IMG/VR virus record: IMGVR_UViG_2703718673_000001
Direction: 5' to 3' (one strand)
Length of the DNA: 6,196 nucleotides
DNA from: a virus
Lineage: Duplodnaviria > Heunggongvirae > Uroviricota > Caudoviricetes
Position 1 is the first letter of the stretch. Each line of letters starts with the position of its first letter. Of this stretch, positions 1-6,196 are shown in pieces. The translations under genes and the position numbers were made by a program. The notes under the pieces are model-generated. The model did not search any database. It was not told the origin of the DNA and saw only the letters and a program-made list of their open reading frames with translations.

Positions 1-2902
<2,902 letters not shown>

Positions 2903-2922
<20 letters not shown>

Positions 2923-4222
2923 TCTCCCGCATATTGCCAGCATGGCTTTTAATGAGCCGCTGATGCTTGAACCCGCCTATGCGCGGGTTTTCTTTTGTGC
3001 GCTTGCAGGCCAGCTTGGGATCAGCCGCCTGACGGATGCAGTATCCGGCGACAGCCTGACTGCCGGAGAGGCACCCGCGGCGCTGGCGTTATCCGGTGAT
3101 GATGACGGACCACGACAGGCCCGGAGTTATCAGGTCATGAACGGCATCGCCGTGCTGCCGGTGTCCGGTACGCTGGTCAGCCGGACGCGGGCGCTGCAGC
3201 CGTATTCGGGAATGACCGGTTACAACGGCATTATCGCCCGTCTGCAACAGGCTGCCAGCGATCCGATGGTGGACGGCATTCTGCTCGATATGGACACACC
3301 GGGCGGGATGGTGGCGGGAGCATTTGACTGTGCTGACATCATCGCCCGTGTGCGAGACATAAAACCGGTATGGGCGCTGGCCAACGACATGAACTGCAGT
3401 GCAGGTCAGCTGCTTGCCAGCGCCGCCTCCCGGCGTCTGGTCACGCAGACCGCCCGGACAGGCTCCATCGGCGTCATGATGGCTCACAGTAATTACGGTG
3501 CTGCCCTGGAGAAACAGGGCGTGGAAATCACGCTGATTTACAGCGGCAGCCATAAGGTGGATGGCAACCCCTACAGCCATCTACCGGGTGATGTCCGGGA
3601 AACACTGCAGTCCCGGATGGATGCAACCCGCCGGATGTTTGCGCAGAAGGTGTCGGCATATACCGGCCTGTCCGTGCAGGCTGTGCTGGATACCGAGGCT
3701 GCAGTGTACAGCGGTCAGGAGGCCATTGATGCCGGACTGGCTGATGAACTTGTCAACAGCACCGATGCGATCACCGTTATGCGTGATGCACTGGATGCAC
3801 GTAAATCCCGTCTCTCAGGAGGGCGAATGACCAAAGAGACTCAATCAACAACTGTTTCAGCCACTGCTTCGCAGGCTGACGTTACTGGCGTGGTGCCAGC
3901 GACGGAGGGCGAAAACGCCAGCGCGGCGCAGCCGGACGTGAACGCGCAGATCACCGCTGCGGTTGCGGCAGAAAACAGCCGCATTATGGGGATCCTCAAC
4001 TGTGAGGAGGCTCACGGACGCGAAGAACAGGCCCGCGTGCTGGCAGAAACCCCCGGTATGACCGTGGAAACGGCCCGCCGCATTCTGGCCGCAGCACCAC
4101 AGAGTGCACAGGCGCGCAGTGATACTGCGCTGGATCGTCTGATGCAGGGGGCACCGGCACCGCTGGCTGCAGGTAACCCGGCATCTGATGCCGTTAACGA
4201 TTTGCTGAACACACCAGTGTAA
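2903..4222 (+). CDS. C: Prohead (capsid maturation) protease gpC, S49/ClpP-like serine peptidase family; 439 aa, GTG start
   Basis: Frame contains VTAELRNLPHIASMAFNEPLMLEPAYARVFF...NDLLNTPV*. GTG at 2903 with a strong upstream SD gives a 439-aa product, the lambda gpC length; the upstream ATG at 2768 in the ORF track is a spurious extension into B. Overlaps the B 3' end by 20 nt. Confidence 0.88.
3617..4222 (+). CDS. nu3: Scaffolding protein Nu3 (201 aa), nested in-frame within the 3' third of gene C and sharing its stop codon
   Basis: Internal ATG at 3617 (MDATRRMFAQKVSAYTGLSVQ...) in the C frame; 606 nt to the shared TAA at 4220..4222, matching the lambda Nu3 length. The nested arrangement is established for lambda. 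Confidence 0.75.
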   Translation: MDATRRMFAQKVSAYTGLSVQAVLDTEAAVYSGQEAIDAGLADELVNSTDAITVMRDALDARKSRLSGGRMTKETQSTTVSATASQADVTGVVPATEGENASAAQPDVNAQITAAVAAENSRIMGILNCEEAHGREEQARVLAETPGMTVETARRILAAAPQSAQARSDTALDRLMQGAPAPLAAGNPASDAVNDLLNTPV

Positions 4223-4231
4223 GGGATGTTT

Positions 4232-4564
4232 ATGACGAGCAAAGAAACCTTTACCCATTACCAGCCGCTGGGCAACAGTGACCCGGCTCATACCGCAACC
4301 GCGCCCGGCGGATTGAGTGCGAAAGCGCCTGCAATGACCCCGCTGATGCTGGACACCTCCAGCCGTAAGCTGGTTGCGTGGGATGGCACCACCGACGGTG
4401 CTGCCGTTGGCATTCTTGCGGTTGCTGCTGACCAGACCAGCACCACGCTGACGTTCTACAAGTCCGGCACGTTCCGTTATGAGGATGTGCTCTGGCCGGA
4501 GGCTGCCAGCGACGAGACGAAAAAACGGACCGCGTTTGCCGGAACGGCAATCAGCATCGTTTAA
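4232..4564 (+). CDS. D: Head decoration protein gpD (110 aa)
   Basis: [40 protein letters not shown]...TAISIV* matches lambda gpD. AAGGGA SD at 4221..4226; the ATG at 4232 is preferred over 4226, which would add MF and give poor SD spacing. Confidence 0.9.
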   Translation: MTSKETFTHYQPLGNSDPAHTATAPGGLSAKAPAMTPLMLDTSSRKLVAWDGTTDGAAVGILAVAADQTSTTLTFYKSGTFRYEDVLWPEAASDETKKRTAFAGTAISIV

Positions 4565-4585
4565 CCTGACCCTTCATCACTAAAG

Positions 4586-4606
4586 GCCGCCTGTGCGGCT
4601 TTTTTT
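4586..4606 (+). terminator. Intrinsic-terminator-like hairpin in the D-E intergenic region: stem GCCGC / GCGGC, loop CTGT, followed by a run of seven T
   Basis: Read directly: aaaGGCCGCctgtGCGGCttttttt at about 4583..4606. The stem is short (5-6 bp), so it is likely a weak or partial terminator or an mRNA-stability element. Confidence 0.45.
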
Positions 4607-4619
4607 ACGGGATTTTTTT

Positions 4620-5645
4620 ATGTCGATGTACACAACCGCCCAACTGCTGGCGGCAAATGAGCAGAAATTTAAGTTTGATCCGCTGTTTCTGCGTCTCTTT
4701 TTCCGTGAGAGCTATCCCTTCACCACGGAGAAAGTCTATCTCTCACAAATTCCGGGACTGGTAAACATGGCGCTGTACGTTTCGCCGATTGTTTCTGGTG
4801 AGGTTATCCGTTCCCGTGGCGGCTCCACCTCTGAATTTACGCCGGGATATGTCAAGCCGAAGCATGAAGTGAATCCGCAGATGACCCTGCGTCGCCTGCC
4901 GGATGAAGATCCGCAGAATCTGGCGGACCCGGCTTACCGCCGCCGTCGCATCATCATGCAGAACATGCGTGACGAAGAGCTGGCCATTGCTCAGGTCGAA
5001 GAGATGCAGGCAGTTTCTGCCGTGCTCAAGGGCAAATACACCATGACCGGTGAAGCCTTCGATCCGGTTGAGGTGGATATGGGCCGCAGTGCGGCGAACA
5101 ACATCACGCAGTCCGGCGGCACGGAGTGGAGCAAGCGTGACAAGTCCACGTATGACCCGACCGACGATATCGAAGCCTACGCGCTGAACGCCAGCGGCGT
5201 GGTGAATATCATCGTGTTTGACCCGAAAGGCTGGGCGCTGTTCCGTTCCTTCAAAGCCGTCAGGGAGAAGCTGGATACCCGTCGCGGCTCTCATTCCGAA
5301 CTGGAGACAGCGGTAAAAGACCTGGGCAAAGCGGTGTCTTATAAGGGAATGTATGGCGATGTGGCCATCGTCGTGTATTCCGGACAGTACGTGGAAAACG
5401 GCGTCAAAAAGAACTTCCTGCCGGACAACACGATGGTGCTGGGGAACACTCAGGCACGCGGTCTGCGCACCTATGGCTGCATTCAGGATGCGGACGCACA
5501 GCGCGAAGGCATTAACGCCTCTGCCCGTTACCCGAAAAACTGGGTGACCACCGGCGATCCGGCGCGTGAGTTCACCATGATTCAGTCAGCACCGCTGATG
5601 CTGCTGGCTGACCCTGATGAGTTCGTGTCCGTACAACTGGCGTAA
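4620..5645 (+). CDS. E: Major capsid protein gpE (341 aa, HK97-fold)
   Basis: MSMYTTAQLLAANEQKFKFDPLFLRLFFRESYPFTTEKVYLSQIPG...DPDEFVSVQLA* matches lambda gpE. The ATG at 4620 gives 341 aa; the ORF-track start at 4593 lies inside the upstream hairpin/T-run and has no SD. Confidence 0.93.
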   Translation: MSMYTTAQLLAANEQKFKFDPLFLRLFFRESYPFTTEKVYLSQIPGLVNMALYVSPIVSGEVIRSRGGSTSEFTPGYVKPKHEVNPQMTLRRLPDEDPQNLADPAYRRRRIIMQNMRDEELAIAQVEEMQAVSAVLKGKYTMTGEAFDPVEVDMGRSAANNITQSGGTEWSKRDKSTYDPTDDIEAYALNASGVVNIIVFDPKGWALFRSFKAVREKLDTRRGSHSELETAVKDLGKAVSYKGMYGDVAIVVYSGQYVENGVKKNFLPDNTMVLGNTQARGLRTYGCIQDADAQREGINASARYPKNWVTTGDPAREFTMIQSAPLMLLADPDEFVSVQLA

Positions 5646-5646
5646 T

Positions 5647-5672
5647 CATGGCCCTTCGGGGCCATTGTTTTT
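5647..5672 (+). terminator. Hairpin just downstream of the E stop: stem ATGGCCC / GGGCCAT with a UUCG tetraloop, followed by TGTTTTTCT
   Basis: Read directly: cATGGCCCttcgGGGCCATtgtttttct. A 7-bp GC-rich stem with a UUCG loop and a T-rich tail; a candidate partial terminator or 3' mRNA stabiliser between E and FI. Confidence 0.5.
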
Positions 5673-5686
5673 CTGTGGAGGAGTCC

Positions 5687-6085
5687 ATGACGAAAGATGA
5701 ACTGATTGCCCGTCTCCGCTCGCTGGGTGAACAACTGAACCGTGATGTCAGCCTGACGGGGACGAAAGAAGAACTGGCGCTCCGTGTGGCAGAGCTGGAA
5801 GAGGAGCTTGATGACACGGATGAAACTGCCGGTCAGGACACCCCTCTCAGCCGGGAAAATGTGCTGACCGGACATGAAAATGAGGTGGGATCAGCGCAGC
5901 CGGATACCGTGATTCTGGATACGTCTGAACTGGTCACGGTCGTGGCACTGGTGAAGCTGCATACTGATGCACTTCACGTCACGCGGGATGAACCTGTGGC
6001 ATTTGTGCTGCCGGGAACGGCGTTTCGTGTCTCTGCCGGTGTGGCAGCCGAAATGACAGAGCGCGGCCTGGCCAGAATGCAATAA
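5687..6085 (+). CDS. FI: DNA-packaging protein gpFI (132 aa)
   Basis: MTKDELIARLRSLGEQLNRDVSLTGTKEELALRVAELEEELDDTDE...ERGLARMQ*. The ATG at 5687 follows a GGAGGAG SD at 5677..5683 and gives 132 aa, the lambda FI length. The ORF-track start at 5648 lies within the upstream hairpin. Confidence 0.88.
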   Translation: MTKDELIARLRSLGEQLNRDVSLTGTKEELALRVAELEEELDDTDETAGQDTPLSRENVLTGHENEVGSAQPDTVILDTSELVTVVALVKLHTDALHVTRDEPVAFVLPGTAFRVSAGVAAEMTERGLARMQ

Positions 6086-6096
6086 CGGGAGGCGCT

Positions 6097-6196
6097 GTGG
6101 CTGATTTCGATAACCTGTTCGATGCTGCCATTGCCCGCGCCGATGAAACGATACGCGGGTACATGGGAACGTCAGCCACCATGACATCCGGTGAGC
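6097..6196 (+). CDS. FII: Head-tail joining protein gpFII, 5' portion only (runs off the window end); GTG start
   Basis: GTG at 6097, preceded by a GGGAGG SD at 6087..6092, translates to (M)ADFDNLFDAAIARADETIRGYMGTSATMTSGE..., matching the lambda gpFII N-terminus as recalled. It sits 12 nt after the FI stop, as in lambda. Confidence 0.8.
   Translation, partial: MADFDNLFDAAIARADETIRGYMGTSATMTSGE

Noticed and set aside
3089-4291. Several minus-strand ORFs (3089..3580, 3857..4291, 3996..4184, 4012..4242) antisense to C/Nu3/D
   Set aside because: All fall inside confirmed + strand structural genes and show no conserved-looking sequence; likely chance ORFs.
4593-4619. Upstream ATG (4593) that would extend gpE by 9 residues (MRLFLRDFF)
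   Set aside because: It lies within the hairpin/T-run with no SD; the recognised gpE N-terminus MSMYTTAQ begins at 4620.
4743-5294. 183-aa minus-strand ORF antisense to major capsid gene E
   Set aside because: Embedded in gpE on the opposite strand; arginine-rich low-complexity translation typical of an antisense GC-rich frame; no start context.
5648-5686. Upstream ATG (5648) that would extend gpFI by 13 residues
   Set aside because: It sits inside the post-E hairpin stem; the ATG at 5687 has a GGAGGAG SD and gives the expected 132 aa.
5572-6187. Minus-strand ORFs near the 3' end (5572..5817, 5582..5875, 5891..6187, 5979..6182)
   Set aside because: Antisense to E, FI and FII; serine/arginine-rich low-complexity translations; no evidence of function.

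Overview
This window is the head-morphogenesis (late) module of a bacteriophage lambda-type siphovirus, most likely a lambdoid prophage or lambda-derived sequence, all on the + strand in the canonical order A (terminase large subunit, 3' portion) - W - B (portal) - C (prohead protease) with nested Nu3 (scaffold) - D (decoration) - E (major capsid) - FI - FII (5' end only). Calls rest on reading the translated ORFs, which match my recollection of the lambda proteins, and on the characteristic gene architecture: ATGA stop/start overlaps, a 20-nt B/C overlap with a GTG start, an in-frame nested gene, and GTG-initiated FII. I could not run any alignment. The only structural anomaly is a 51-nt N run inside gene A that breaks its reading frame, which looks like an assembly gap or mask of wrong length rather than biology. 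Two short GC-rich hairpins with T-runs flank gene E. I see no CRISPR array, tRNA, insertion sequence or foreign cargo gene. This appears to be a well-characterised system, not a novel one; the findings below are modest.
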